Positions 26,180 through 39,292 of a DNA stretch of 64,000 bases are shown piece after piece. Under the pieces are notes generated by a model that saw nothing but the letters and a program-made list of their open reading frames with translations, made no database searches and had not been told where the DNA came from. This DNA comes from Octopus sinensis (Eukaryota), in the NCBI RefSeq assembly GCF_006345805.1, contig NC_042997.1:25668001-25732000 (forward strand), given 5' to 3'. Position 1 is the stretch's first letter, and each line of letters opens with the position of its first letter. The translations under genes were made by a program, and so were the position numbers.

Positions 26180-26633
26180 TAATCTGTATTTTTGTTATTT
26201 TTTATTTGCCCTGTCCGTGTGAGCTAACAATCGTACTGACTTTCATGGGAAACATGTATTTTTTGTGGTTGAAACCTTTTGGATTAACTAGTGCTAGAGT
26301 GAGCCATATAGTGACCACTCTCTTATATTTATTTTGTAAAAATATTATAATATATTATAAAATATTATAATAATCCAGGTTTCTCGGTGCACTAGGCCAC
26401 TTGGTGTTGAATAGATATACTATTAAATTAGTATCTAATTCTCTCACCCTTATTAATTAATTATAATTATGCTGCATCTATTTCTAAATGCAGTATTTGT
26501 TTTCAGTGAAAGTTTGGCGCGCTGTTAGTTGGGGCATTTGAATTATAACGTCGGATGTAATCAATTGAACCACACGTGTATTTATCGTTATGGTAAAATC
26601 TGGCGTGTGATTGAGTGGATTTCATCCAGATAG

Positions 26634-26715
26634 TTTTGGCTGACGAGCTACAAGTGGATTTTTTTGTAAGTAAAATTACATTTAATTCATTAATAGCGAA
26701 ACGATTGTCCCAAAA
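26634..26715 (+). ncRNA. Type I hammerhead ribozyme, copy 2
   Basis: Identical to copy 1 except that stem III is CGATTG (an A-U pair becomes a G-U wobble). Predicted cleavage is after 26709. Confidence 0.83.
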
Positions 26716-27773
26716 TAATCTGTATTTTTGTTATTTTTTATTTGCCCTGTCCGTGTGAGCTAACAATCGTACTGACTTTCATGGGAAACATGTATTTTTT
26801 GTGGTTGAAACCTTTTGGATTAACTAGTGCTAGAGTGAGCCATATAGTGACCACTCTCTATATTTATTTTATATTATATATATATATATATATTATATAT
26901 ATAATATATATATATATAATATATATATATATATTATACGGAGGGAGGAAGAGAGAGTGAAACAGTGAGAGTGAAACATCTGATATGTTCACATTACTAA
27001 ATTATTGTACGTAACATTGATTAAAATTATTGAAATATTTTATGGAAGCATGTGAGATAAAGGAATCGTTAAATTTTTAAATGCAAAAACTATTTAAATA
27101 TTGGTTTTAAATTTTGGTACAAGTCCACTAAGTTCCAGAGAAGAGGGAAGTACATTTCATGGATCCCAGGACTGAATTGATACTTAATTTATCGACATGG
27201 AGGAGTTGAAATGCAATGGTGATCTCGGCGGATTTTAACGTGAAGACCGACAAAATGCCGCTTACCATTTTGCCTGGAGTGCAAAAAAAAAAAATAAGAA
27301 TAAAATATTTACTTATTAAAAACAATACGGTATAATGTATTATACTTCGAAAGAAATGTCTCTATTTTCATGTTTACATAATTAAACAATTGTTAATTTG
27401 ATGCGGCAGTTGCATTTCCTTTTTATGGTTGACGGTCTTAAGTTACAGATCACTCTTTATAATGAAGATTAATGATCGAAGAATTTCCAGCCTTAATCAT
27501 CACAATTTTTGTGCAAATATGATTTAGGAGCACACTATTTTAAATGATAGATGTTTCGGAAGATGATGAAGTCCCTCCTGCTCTTTCATACTAAATATGA
27601 TTGTAATGTAAGCCAGATAAAACATATTCTCAACAATTCGAGGATTGCTTTTCAAGAGGAAACATTTATGTCCACTGAGGTATTGATCTTTCAAGTATAC
27701 AAAAATAATCATTACTTTACAAGGACACTCACTTCTTTCTTTCATTGGGGTAGATGTATCTAGTATGCCATAT

Positions 27774-28165
27774 GGATGGAAGCACTCCGTCGGTTACGAC
27801 GACGAGGGCTCCGGTTGATCCGAATCAACGGAACAGCCTGCTCGTGAAATTAACGGGTAAGTGGCTGAGCACTCCACAGACACGTGTACCCTTAACGTAG
27901 TTCTCGGGGATATTCAGCGTGACACAGAGAGTGACAAGGCTGGCCCTTTGAAATACAGGTACAACAGAAACAGGAAGTAAGAGTGAGAGAAAGTTGTGGT
28001 GAAAGAGTACAGCAGGGATCACCACCATCCCCTGCCGGAGCCTCGTGGAGCTTTAGGTGCTTTCGCTCAATAAACACTCACAACGCCCGGTCTGGGAATT
28101 GAAACCGCGATCCTACGACCGCGAGTCCGCTGTCCTAACCACTGGGCCATTGCGCCTCCACTATA
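27774..28165 (-). mobile_element. SINE family C, tail type 1
   Basis: Head GGAGGCGCAATGGCCCAGTGGTTAGGACAGCGGACTCGCGGTC...GGTTTCAATTCC. Probable 10-bp TSD TATGCCATAT at 27764-27773 and 28166-28175. Confidence 0.85.
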
Positions 28166-30339
28166 TATGCCATATATGTGTGTGTGTGTATGTATGTATA
28201 TATGTATGTATATATGTATGTTTGTATTTATGTATATATGTATGTATGTAGGTAGGTAGGTATTCATGTATGTATGTGTGTGTATGTGCGTGCATGGGCT
28301 GCGTGTTTGTATTTATGTATATATGGATGCATGTATGTATACATATACACACATAATACTTAAATCTTTCATAATTTACTACATGTGTTTAGCTCTTTAT
28401 AAGCTAAATTCGAACCCAGCTAGGTCGAACTTGTTTTCATCATGGTGACATCTATCACGTATAGTTTCAGTCTCATACTGGGCTCTATGATTTTGATTAA
28501 TAATCCCTTAAAAAAATTGTGTTATTAATATTCTTCTTACTACAATATATTGCGAGTATGAGGCAGTTAAAACAGAAGGTTGTTCCACCGAAGCATTTTG
28601 GTACAGTGTTTGATATATTGATAGGTATATCACTCTTAAATGCTCATTGGGTTAAACTTTATCTCTGATTTAGCTGAAAAGCAACTGGGTATGTAGCGGA
28701 AGAGGATAATTAATTTGTTAATGCAAATAGTTTAATTAAATCATGTCAGATTATTTTCTCGGTTTAGTTAAATAAATATCCCGAACGTTGTCAAATATCG
28801 ATAAGTGACACAGAAATGATATTTATAAAGACACACTGTATTATGTTATAATGATTTAGGTTATCCAATTTAATTTATTAGAAGCTTAATTTATTAGTAG
28901 CTTTATAACTCCAGGTTTCGATGGTTGAGAGCAAGTTTGTTTATAATTCTGATATATTTCAACATAACTTCCCATTTGCTCTTACAATATGCATCTAACT
29001 ATTTAACATTTTCAATAAATCGATATCCTGTAAGCGATAACATTATTGTAAGTAACAAATTCGTTATACAAGAGATATTTTGATCAACAACAATATCTAA
29101 ATTTGATTAACAATAAAACAACACCTGTTGTCTACAGACAAAAGTTGCCACACAGAATAATTCTTGAATTAAATGGCAAACCTATTGAAACATTAGCTTT
29201 ACCGCTGTTATACAACATAAGCTTATTTTTTCTCCATTAATTTTACCTACATTATTTCTGTATTTCTTTAGCTTATTCCAATGATGTAATAATAAAGGCG
29301 TATACTTTCTGTAAAATTATTCCTATTTCATATTATTATTATGCCATTGAAATTATGATCATAAGAGCTACAATATAATTGCACAGAATCTGATGTAAGC
29401 TCTACTAGGAAAACTTTCCGTATTCAAACTTTATATCTTAAACTCATTCAAACGATTTAACTCCCATGCTGCGGATTGTAATATCAATGCGAACTATACA
29501 ATAGGATTGCATGCACCAGTCGTATTTATTGTGTTTGATTGTACTACAGCTTCAAAGGAAACAAGAACAGTCTTTCACCTGATAGATCCGACATTTATGG
29601 AAATTTCAATGTTACATTTTTCTTTAAAAAATATCCGCTACCTGAATATGAATATTTTTTACCTCTATGTTTTCTATTATTCTGAAAGCTAACAAAGAAA
29701 AAGACACTATTCTTATTGTTCAAGAAAGAGATCCGTTTTCTTTTTATTGCTACACAACCTGACATTTATTCTGACATAATATCTCGATCATCATTCAGGT
29801 TCGAACATCGTCTTTATATCTATATATTGTTGTTTCTAACCGTTTATCTACCTTCATATCAAACGCAGATATATCTCACGCGTATCTCTAACTTTAAACA
29901 TTAAGAAATACCCGTTTGAAATTTTTTTTACCTATCTATTTATGCATAAACAACACACACACACACACACACACACTCTCTCTTCTCTCTTTCACACACA
30001 CACACACATTATTTAAAGAACACAATATATGTTTCCATGTGCTACTATTAGTTTTATGCGATGAGAGTATGCCAGACAGTATTTTTTAACACGTCTGGTT
30101 TCTCAGCGCATAATAATCTAAAAATCACATGGCATAATAATCTAAAAATTGGACGACAAGGAAAGTGAGAAAAGGCAAGAAATAAATACATATACAAGGT
30201 GGAAATTTGAAAAAAACGGAAAACGAAAAGACAACAGAAAGAAGGAAGAAGATTGGGTGGGGGTTACACTTATTTCCCCTTTGGCTGTAAAATATAAGGC
30301 TGAAAGGATAGTGTCTTAAATTCTATGGTACAGCAGTTC

Positions 30340-31660
30340 AAGCTGGAGTAGATAGGTTCCTGGCAGTGGGCATTTAGTATTGTTCTCGTGTAATGATGCT
30401 TTTCATATTCGGGCAGCAGCTATATGATAATTTCACTGAGTGCCTGTTAAATATTCTCCTGTACCTGTGATTTCCTGGAAAATATATGTATAGGAGAGAC
30501 AGGAATCCTTTACCTATGTTAATTTTCCCATTAAGTTAAAAGTAAGGCGGAGCAAACAAATTTATTTTCCCAGGTCTACTTTAGGTCAATTGCTATTATT
30601 CCTATTAATATTAGAATCGTTATATATTCATTTGTCTTTAAAGCTACCATTGGCTAGGACATTGTTGGAGTAAGGGTCTGCCTTATGGAAAATTTCTTTA
30701 AAGAAAGGGAGGCTAGAAAATCTGTTACTAACGTTAGCTATCAGATGTTGAAATACTACAGCCCGATGACAAGAATGTTTATGTATGTAGAGAAGTTTCC
30801 AGCAAGGTTTATCGAAGGATTTATCAGAGGAAGTGTTCAAGTCTAGGGAAACATCTACAAAAATAAAGTTTAGACATATTAGAAGCGACTGTGATTTTAA
30901 GGCTTAATTGACTAAAGGTAGAATAAGTTGTCTCCTAAATTTATCTAGGATGTGACCATCGCAGCCGTGTGAAATACACAAACCGTCGTCTGTGTATGCA
31001 CCAACGTCGTGAAATGGGTACTTAGATCTGAATGCATTTTATACAAAGAGACCCACAAGATCACAGACTCAACACTTTTATAGGATCCCATTGATACATC
31101 GAACGATTCATCATTATCCGACTTTTTTACCCAAGCTGAACTCTTACTAAACAGTAGTGTTTTCCAGACATGAATCATAATGTCCAGGTCTACAGGGTCT
31201 CTATCAACATATTGCGATATGAAGGTATAAAAATCGAACATGTCGAACTAAGTAAAACTAACCTTATGCTTATTCTTAATAACTAATCTATTATAGTAAA
31301 AATTTTATTCCATTGTTGTAGTCTACTGGCCTCTCTAATTTTATCATTAATGTTTCTTAGAATTCTTTTTCAGCTAGAAGCCCGATTTCACTCATCGCTG
31401 GGTTTAACAACCGACAAATAGGTTTATTACGAAACTTAGGTTTTACAGACTTTTAAGATTATAAAAGCTCCCGAAACTATCGTCAATTTTATTATGTTTA
31501 GCAAGGAATTTAGCCTCATCGTTAATGTCGTTGTATGCGTCTATGTAAGCTTTGTTATATTTGGTGGAAATGGAGTCATTTAGCAACTTATCTTATAGGT
31601 CATTAGCAACTTCGTCTTATCTGAAAATGCGAGCATCATTTTAGAACATCTAAAGTTCTC
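30340..31660 (-). mobile_element. Penelope-like element RT relic (second clade)
   Basis: INDEAKFLA, PICRLLNPAMSEIG, FDMFDFY, KTLLFSKSSAWVKK..ESFDVSMGSY, VDVSLDL..KP..LYIHKHSCH, FAPPY..NIGKGFL and SCCPNMKSII are PLE RT, thumb and linker motifs. Confidence 0.85.
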
Positions 31661-31765
31661 AATATCAGATTTTATCTTAGTTTGAAAGGAGTTAATGTAC
31701 TTATACATACATACTTACATACATACATATATTTATAAACACACACAACACACACACACTGATAA

Positions 31766-31806
<41 letters not shown>

Positions 31807-31960
31807 AGGTAGATAGAGAGTGAGAAAAGTAGCTAGGTAGGCATAAAAATGCATATAGACAGACAGACAGACAGACATATATACATACATACATGTATAC
31901 ATACATAAATACAGACAGATGGATAGATGCTGGAATAGCTAGTCATATACAGAAATGTTT

Positions 31961-32244
31961 GGAGGTACATGGCCTAGTGGTTAGAGCAGCGGACTCGCGG
32001 TCGAGAGATCGTGGGTTCGAATCTCAGACCGAGCGATGTGTGTGTTTATGAGCGAAACACTGGCAGAAGGTAATGTCGAACTTCTGCTGATTCTTTCACC
32101 ACAACTTTCTCTCACTCTTTCCGCCTGTATCTTGCATCTCCCCTACAACGGACCGGCGTCCTGTCCAGGTGGGGAAACTATAAGCCAAGGAAACCGGGAA
32201 ACCGGCCCTTATGAGCCAGGCATGGCTCGAGAAGGAACAAACAA
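31961..32244 (+). mobile_element. SINE family C, tail type 2
   Basis: A box TGGCCTAGTGG (31970), B box GGTTCGAATCT (32014). Shares CTTTCACCACAACTTTCTCTCACTCT with 27774-28165, then carries a different 3' domain (ACGGACCGGCGTCCTGTCCAGG...GAAACCGG). Confidence 0.85.
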
Positions 32245-33018
32245 TATATAAATGTACATATCATCCTGTTTGCTCTCCTATACACACACTCACACACACA
32301 CACATGCACAAACACACATACATCCATCCATCCATACATACATACATACATACATACATACATACATACATACATACATACATACATACTTACATACATT
32401 ATATATGCAGGTGTTTGTGTGCTGAGAAATTATTGGCCTTAAAGTTATCGCGAAAGGCCTGCTTGGAGGCCCAAACTTCCGAGTTCTTTTTACAGGGCTC
32501 AGAAAAAGTGAAGGTCCGCTGTTATGATTGTGTGAATCTAAGAGGTGAATATGTTGAACAAAATCATATTTAATTGTTCCTCCTGTATTTTCTTTTAACC
32601 CAAACCAAATGCTTCTCACCACCCCATCTTATATATGTTCATACACACTTCATGATAAGCTCAGACGCAGAAGCACAGTTGTACGTCATATTACTGATTT
32701 AACAATAATGTCATGACGCATTGCGCTATACTACCTAGCTGACGTTTTGGTGTAGTTGTTGATGACATGCCTCATGTCTTCCACAGAAAAGATGCATCGT
32801 CAAAATTTTTGGGTGCATCGAGAGGTTACAAAGGTTTCACTGTCTCATTTGCTTGTTAGATCGATAGATGCATGGTTGAAAGATACTAGAATGAGTCTGA
32901 GTTATATGATACATATGATGAACATATCCATGTCTCCAATGAATAAAGTTAAAAAAATATATTAATGAACTTTCTGAGCGAATGCACGCTTATAAGTAGT
33001 TTGTGTGCTCATATATAT

Positions 33019-33075
<57 letters not shown>

Positions 33076-33139
33076 CTGTGTGTCTGTGTATGTATGTATA
33101 AATTGTATAAGTATATATATATGTATTCATATACATACA

Positions 33140-33188
<49 letters not shown>

Positions 33189-33840
33189 TGTGTACTTGTA
33201 TCTGCTATTGGCACGTATGCATGATCATGTCTGAATATATTTATTGATATATGTGTGTGTATGTGTGTATTTGTGTGTAATAAATGGATGACTATATATA
33301 TCCCTTTTTAAATACACGTACACTATATCTTGTTAAATATATTACTAATCTAAATAATACAAACAAATTGATAATGGATTTGCAATAAATAATTTGAGAT
33401 TTTTTTACAGAGATATTCTCTCTGCGGTTGTTATGTTTATGAGACAATTGCTAAAATTAATTACATATCCGGTCTCTAAAACGAGATATAAAATACAGAA
33501 TAAAACAGGAGGACTCGCTTCAAAATGCCAATGAAATTTAATGTTAGACAAAATATCAATAGACAAAAGCCATTAAACTATAAAATTTCAAAAATCTCAC
33601 ATGTTTAATCACTGAAATTGCTAATGATAGTGGACAGAAAATGCATAAATTGTAAAAATGATCTAAATGTATTTCATTGGCTACCCTACCTCTGTATATG
33701 TGCGTGTGTATTTATCTGTGTGTGTGTGTGGACGCGTGTGTGTATATGTATAATATATATATATATATATACATATATATGCATGTATATTAATATGTGT
33801 ATAAGTAGTATATATTTAAGTATATAATATATATTGTATA

Positions 33841-33914
<74 letters not shown>

Positions 33915-34654
33915 TTGGTTATACATGTATATGTATGTATGCATGTATGCTTACGTGTGTTGCGAGTTTTGTGACTATCGTGGAAAGTGTGTCTATATTC
34001 TCTATTGGTCAAGTGCATTTACTTTAAGGAAAGCAGTTGGCAACATACTTGTCCATTTAAGCACAGTTTCTAATCTGTCGTAGTGAGGAATCCGCTGTGT
34101 TTGTTCGAGAACATATGAATGGCGTTTCAGAATGAATTTGGAAGAAAAAAAAAACTGAATTGCTCAAACATGGCACGATGTTAATATCTAATCTGTTACC
34201 ACTCACATCGTGAAGGACTCTGAACTTTTATTATACACTGTAATGTATTGGACCTTAATGTTTAGGATATTTCCTCACCTGTATAGTATTGACAGTGTCT
34301 TAAAAGATATCTTCCCTCTCAAATTGTGGCACATGGTCAGCAATTTCAGAACAGGATGCAGGCGAAATTTAAAGTCATAAATTGATGATGGACAAAATGC
34401 CGCTAGGCATTTTGCCAGGCGTGCTAACTATCCTTTCAACTAATCGTCTAATTTTCCGTTTTAAATATCAGGACTTAACAAATCATGTTTATGCTATGCT
34501 CACGACACTTAATTCTTTTGGAAACCAACTTTTATAAATATCTTTATATATAGTTTTCTAATACTGTTATCATTCGGTGTGTAAAATATCTGTTTTCCTC
34601 CCGCAGTTTAGTAAACTATGATTTCCGTTATTGTTTTATTCTGTTATTCCTTTA

Positions 34655-34950
34655 TTTGTTTCATTCATTTGACTGCGGCCATGCAGGAGCACCGATTTTA
34701 GTCGAACAAATCGACCTTAGGACTTATTCTTTGTAAGCCTAGTGCTTATTCTTTCGTTCTCTTTTGCCGAATCGCTGGTTTACGGGTACGTAAACACATC
34801 AGCATCGGTTGTTAAGTGATGGTGGGTGGACAAACACAGACACACAAACATACACATACACACGCACATACACACGACGTGCTTCTTCCAGTTTCTGTCT
34901 GTCAAATCACCCAAAAGGATTTGTTCATTCCCAAGCTATAGTAGAGATGT
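34655..34950 (-). mobile_element. SINE family A, diverged copy lacking most of the head
   Basis: TTTGACTGCGGCCATGCAGGAGCACC...GGACTTATTCTTTGTAAGCC matches the family A 3' half. Confidence 0.8.
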
Positions 34951-36252
34951 TATTGACTTTCTCTAGAATATAATTACCAGCCTGTTTTGTTCACTAGTAA
35001 TTTAGTTCCTTCGAAATAATTTAATTCGATCTAAGTTTAAGTTAGATGATTTTACAATATTTTTTATAACTTCAACACACCAGTTTCCAATATGAAAATT
35101 TCCTACTATTTATTTGCTTATGTGGATCCATGATATGGAGCGATGCTGCATACTGTTAAATGACCTGTGGATTGGTCCTCCTGTGCTGAAATGGGCATTA
35201 CAGGTTGACTAGGCATACATTACTCATTTATTAGTGTTCGGTATCTTAGTACCCCATTAGTCTGTATTCACATGGAAATGTGAGAAACAGCATTTTATGA
35301 TCGAACGAGGTACCATGTCACCGAAGTGGTTTAAATAAACGTGTTTACTTCGCCTTCTAAAGCTCCCTTTTGTTAAGTTATCGTTTTCTTATTCTCTCGT
35401 TGCAGCCATCCGATTTCGTGTAAAACGCAATCACACGGCAGTTTGGGAACGTGTCTTTTACAACAGTCCCGAGTCGACAAATGCTTTGAGATTGAATTTG
35501 TCAGGGGAAAAGTGTTTAAATGTATCTTGTATGCATATGTAAATATGTATGCATGTATTTATGAGTATGTGTTTACGCATATCTGTTTTTTCTTTTATTG
35601 TACATGTGCTTCCCACCCATTGTGTGACAACCGGTGTTCTTTTGCTTACGTCCCTGTCAGTTAGCATTTCGGCCATAGAAATTGATACAATAAGTATTTC
35701 CCCCTGAACTAAATGAAAGAAGTTAACTAAATGAAAGAAATAAAATGAAAATTAAAGATAAATGTTATAAAAAAAATATATATTTAGAAACAGCAGATGA
35801 GAAATTGGTTTTCTCACAAAAAGCATAGTAATGCTCAAAAGGATTTAAACTTAAACTCCGAATTCCTTGACCAGAGGAAGACTCGTACCGTCAAAAATGG
35901 GTATCAGAGAAATCCGAATTAAGTTGATACAGAGGAAGTAATGGAGATAAAACAAGCTTCGTGGAAATTTATGTACATGAAGCATAAAACAAAACGAAAT
36001 ACAGAATAAAGTACAGAATAACATAAGACGATATGTAACTTCATGATCCGAAAGCTTTTCTCGAGAAGCCCGGACTTACGGAATAACCATAATAAGAATA
36101 ATTTACAAATGTGTTCCATGGAACAACACACACACACACATATATATATATACTCATATGCATGTATGCTTATCATATATATGTGTGCGTTTGTGTACAC
36201 ACACACCCACACACAAATATACGGACACACACACACACACATATATATATAT

Positions 36253-36482
36253 ATTCTTTACTACACACAAGGGGCTAAACAAAGAGAGGACAAACAAGGA
36301 CAGACAAAGGGATCAAGTCGATTACATCGACCCCAGTGCAAACTGGTACTTAATTTATCGACCCCGAAAGGATGAAAGGCAAAGTCGACCTCGGCGGAAT
36401 TTGAACTCAGAACGTAACGGCAGACTAAATACGGCTACGCATTTCGCCCGGTGTGCTAACGTGTCTGCATGCTCGCAGCCTT
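36253..36482 (-). mobile_element. SINE family B, full-length, inside (TA)n
   Basis: Matches 17105-17327 along its length. Confidence 0.9.
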
Positions 36483-36485
36483 TAT

Positions 36486-36546
<61 letters not shown>

Positions 36547-37204
36547 TATATACATATAGACACACATGTCTGCGAAGATGTACATCTGCATACATAAATA
36601 CACGTATAATTTTAATTCTATGACGCGATTTCATGTGGGACACAAATATAAGATAGTATAATAAAACGGAAAAGCGATATTTTTTGTATGTGCATGTGTG
36701 TGTGTGTGTGTGTGCGTGTGTATATGTATATATGTGTGTACGAATGTGTGTATGCGTTTGTGTGTTTGTGTGTGTACGAGTGTGTGTGTACGAGTGTGTG
36801 TGTACGAGTGTGTGTGTACGAGTGTGTGTGTACGAGTGTGTGTGTACGAGTGTGTGTGTGTCTGTGTGCTATCCTCTCAATGTTGACAGCACGTGAAGTC
36901 ATGCAGAAAATAACATCTTCCAATTCCTGCTTTCTGACTGGGTAAAAATGATCAAACTTTAGACCCCTGTAACATTTTTTTCTTTTAATTTGTTGAACTC
37001 CTGAATTTGGCCATGAGATTCATCTTGGAAATTTACATGCATAAACAAAATTTGAAAATATTCACTTTAAATTTTCAAAAAATGCAGCCAAATAAAAATA
37101 ATCCTCTTTTTTTTGTTCTTTCATTTCATTATACATAAATCCCCAAACATGACGTTTGTCTTTGTATTGCACCCTCGTCCTTATTTGCCATCACTCAGGT
37201 GGCA

Positions 37205-37205
<1 letters not shown>

Positions 37206-37251
<46 letters not shown>

Positions 37252-37348
37252 TGATGATGATAATTATAATAATAATAATAATAATAATATAATAATAATG
37301 ATAATAATAATAATAATAATAATAATGATAATAATAATAATAATAATA

Positions 37349-37390
<42 letters not shown>

Positions 37391-37501
37391 TGATGAAGAT
37401 AATTATAATAATAATAATAATAAATAATAATAATAATAAATAAGATGATGATGATAATTATAATAATAATAATAATAATAATATTAATAATAATAATGAT
37501 G

Positions 37502-37553
<52 letters not shown>

Positions 37554-37575
37554 TGATAATAATAATAATAATAAT
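37206..37575. repeat. Long imperfect (AAT)n/(GAT)n array
   Basis: Direct reading. Other large arrays include (CTT)n 21191-21316, (AAG)n 48940-49116 and (GATA)n at ~11542-11602, 42484-42567 and 45260-45345. Confidence 0.95.
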
Positions 37576-37659
37576 GTACGTGACTGCTCGTGTTGTCAAC
37601 ATTGCGAAGATAGCACACACACACAGATACACACGCACGCGTACACACAAAAACAGGTG

Positions 37660-38003
37660 GATGGAAATGTAACGATACCCAGGGACTACGATTTTCAGAC
37701 GGATCGTGTAATTGAACACCGTCGACCGGATATTGTCATATTGAATAAGAGAGACAAATGCTGTCAGATCATTGATGTAGCCGTACTAAATGACATGCAT
37801 GCTGTGAGTAAAGATGTTGAAAACATCATATAGGCGCAGGAGTGACTGTGTGGTAAGTAGCTTGCTAACCAACCACATAGTTCCGGGTTCAGTCCCACTG
37901 CGTGGCATCTTGGGCAAGTGTCTTCTGCTATAGCTCCGGGCCGACCAATGCCTTGTGAGTGGATTTGGTAGACAGAAACTGAAAGAAGCCTGTCGTATAT
38001 AGG

Positions 38004-38054
<51 letters not shown>

Positions 38055-38500
38055 GTATGTGTGTGTGTGTTTGTGTGTCTGTTTGTCCCCCTAGCATGCT
38101 TGACAACCGATGCTGGTGTGTTATGTCCCCGTTACTTAGCGGTTCGGCAAAAGAGACCGATAGAATAAGTAACTGGGCTTACAAAAAGAATAAGTCCCGG
38201 GGTCGAGTTGCTCGATTTAGGCGGTGCTCCAGCATGGCCGCAGTCAAATGACTGAAACAAGTAAAAGAGTAAAGAGTAACTACTCCGAATTGAAAATGGA
38301 AATGGTAAGACTATGGAATGCGAAAGCGTAATGTAGAAGTGATACCAGTGGTAATCGGAGCGTTGGGCTCAATCCCACTGAAACTTCTTAAGTCAACTGG
38401 AAATCCCATGGAAGATTGATGTCTTGCAAAAAGCAGCCTTTCACCATTCCGTAGCAAAACCGTTGCACTACACTTTGACAGTTTTTGATATCTAGGTATG
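37660..38500 (+). mobile_element. R4-like RLE fragment split by a full-length SINE A (37832-38277)
   Basis: FQTDRVIEHRRPDIVILNKRDKCCQIIDVAV..SKDVE before the SINE and YSELKMEMVRLW..VIPVVIGALGSIP after it. The SINE has a complete head and an AAAGAGT-repeat tail. Confidence 0.88.
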
Positions 38501-38684
38501 AGAAGCAGCAGGAAATACGACAAATTGACCAAAAGAGCCGGCTACTGCAAGTAAAAATAAATAGCGAAAAAACGCATTTGGTCAAATTTGGACACACGAC
38601 AGTTTGACATAATAGCAACAATACATATACACACACAGTCACACACACACATACACACACCACACACACACACAACACACACAC

Positions 38685-38768
<84 letters not shown>

Positions 38769-39159
38769 ATGGGCTTCTCACAGTTCCGTTCACCAAGTCC
38801 ACTTAAAATTCTTCGGGTTGCCCGAGGCTATAGTAGAAGACATTTGCGCAAGTTGCCACGCTGTAGGGGCATAATTTCAGGTAGTTCTTAATGGTAATGC
38901 TTATGTATATACATTTGTATATATATTGCTCTTCATATTTGAAGTACCGACCGAGTTTTATCTTAATACAGACGCATTCAACTATAGTTTAATACATAAG
39001 CATTCAACTATCTCTTAGCAGAAACAACTGTTAGCCAATGAAGTTCATTCCATAATTTATTATAACGTTTTGTTGATAGCCATCGTCTCTCTTCAGGAAC
39101 ACGTATAATGAGATATTGAATTCTAACATCAGAGTATTAGTATAGCTATTCATAAACGT

Positions 39160-39292
39160 ATTGAAGAACGTAGGCTCCAACCATAAAACATTTATCACTT
39201 TCCCGAGCGTTAAACTAACACACCTGTTTGATGTTTACACACCTGTCTTCGTCTTTTGTTTTTTGTAAATTCCAACTATATATATATATATA
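39160..39292 (+). mobile_element. Decayed copy of the TA-adjacent PLE-like terminus seen at 63344-63480
   Basis: TTGAAGAACGTAGGCTC...GAGCGTTAAACTAA...CACCTGTCTTCGTCTTTTGTTT followed by (TA)n aligns with the reverse complement of 63344-63475. Confidence 0.7.

Larger units (their letters stand above)
25895..26870 (+). mobile_element. Hammerhead-bearing duplicated unit with 83-bp inverted arms (retrozyme / Penelope-terminus-like)
   Basis: Arms 25895-25977 and 26383-26465 are reverse complements with 1 mismatch. Direct repeats 25986-26335 and 26522-26870 differ by about 1 substitution and 1 indel. Both outer ends abut (TA)n. Confidence 0.85.

Noticed and set aside
31961-32035. tRNA gene (also considered for other SINE heads)
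   Set aside because: A and B boxes are present but no complete acceptor stem forms, and the sequence continues into repeat bodies, so these are SINE heads.
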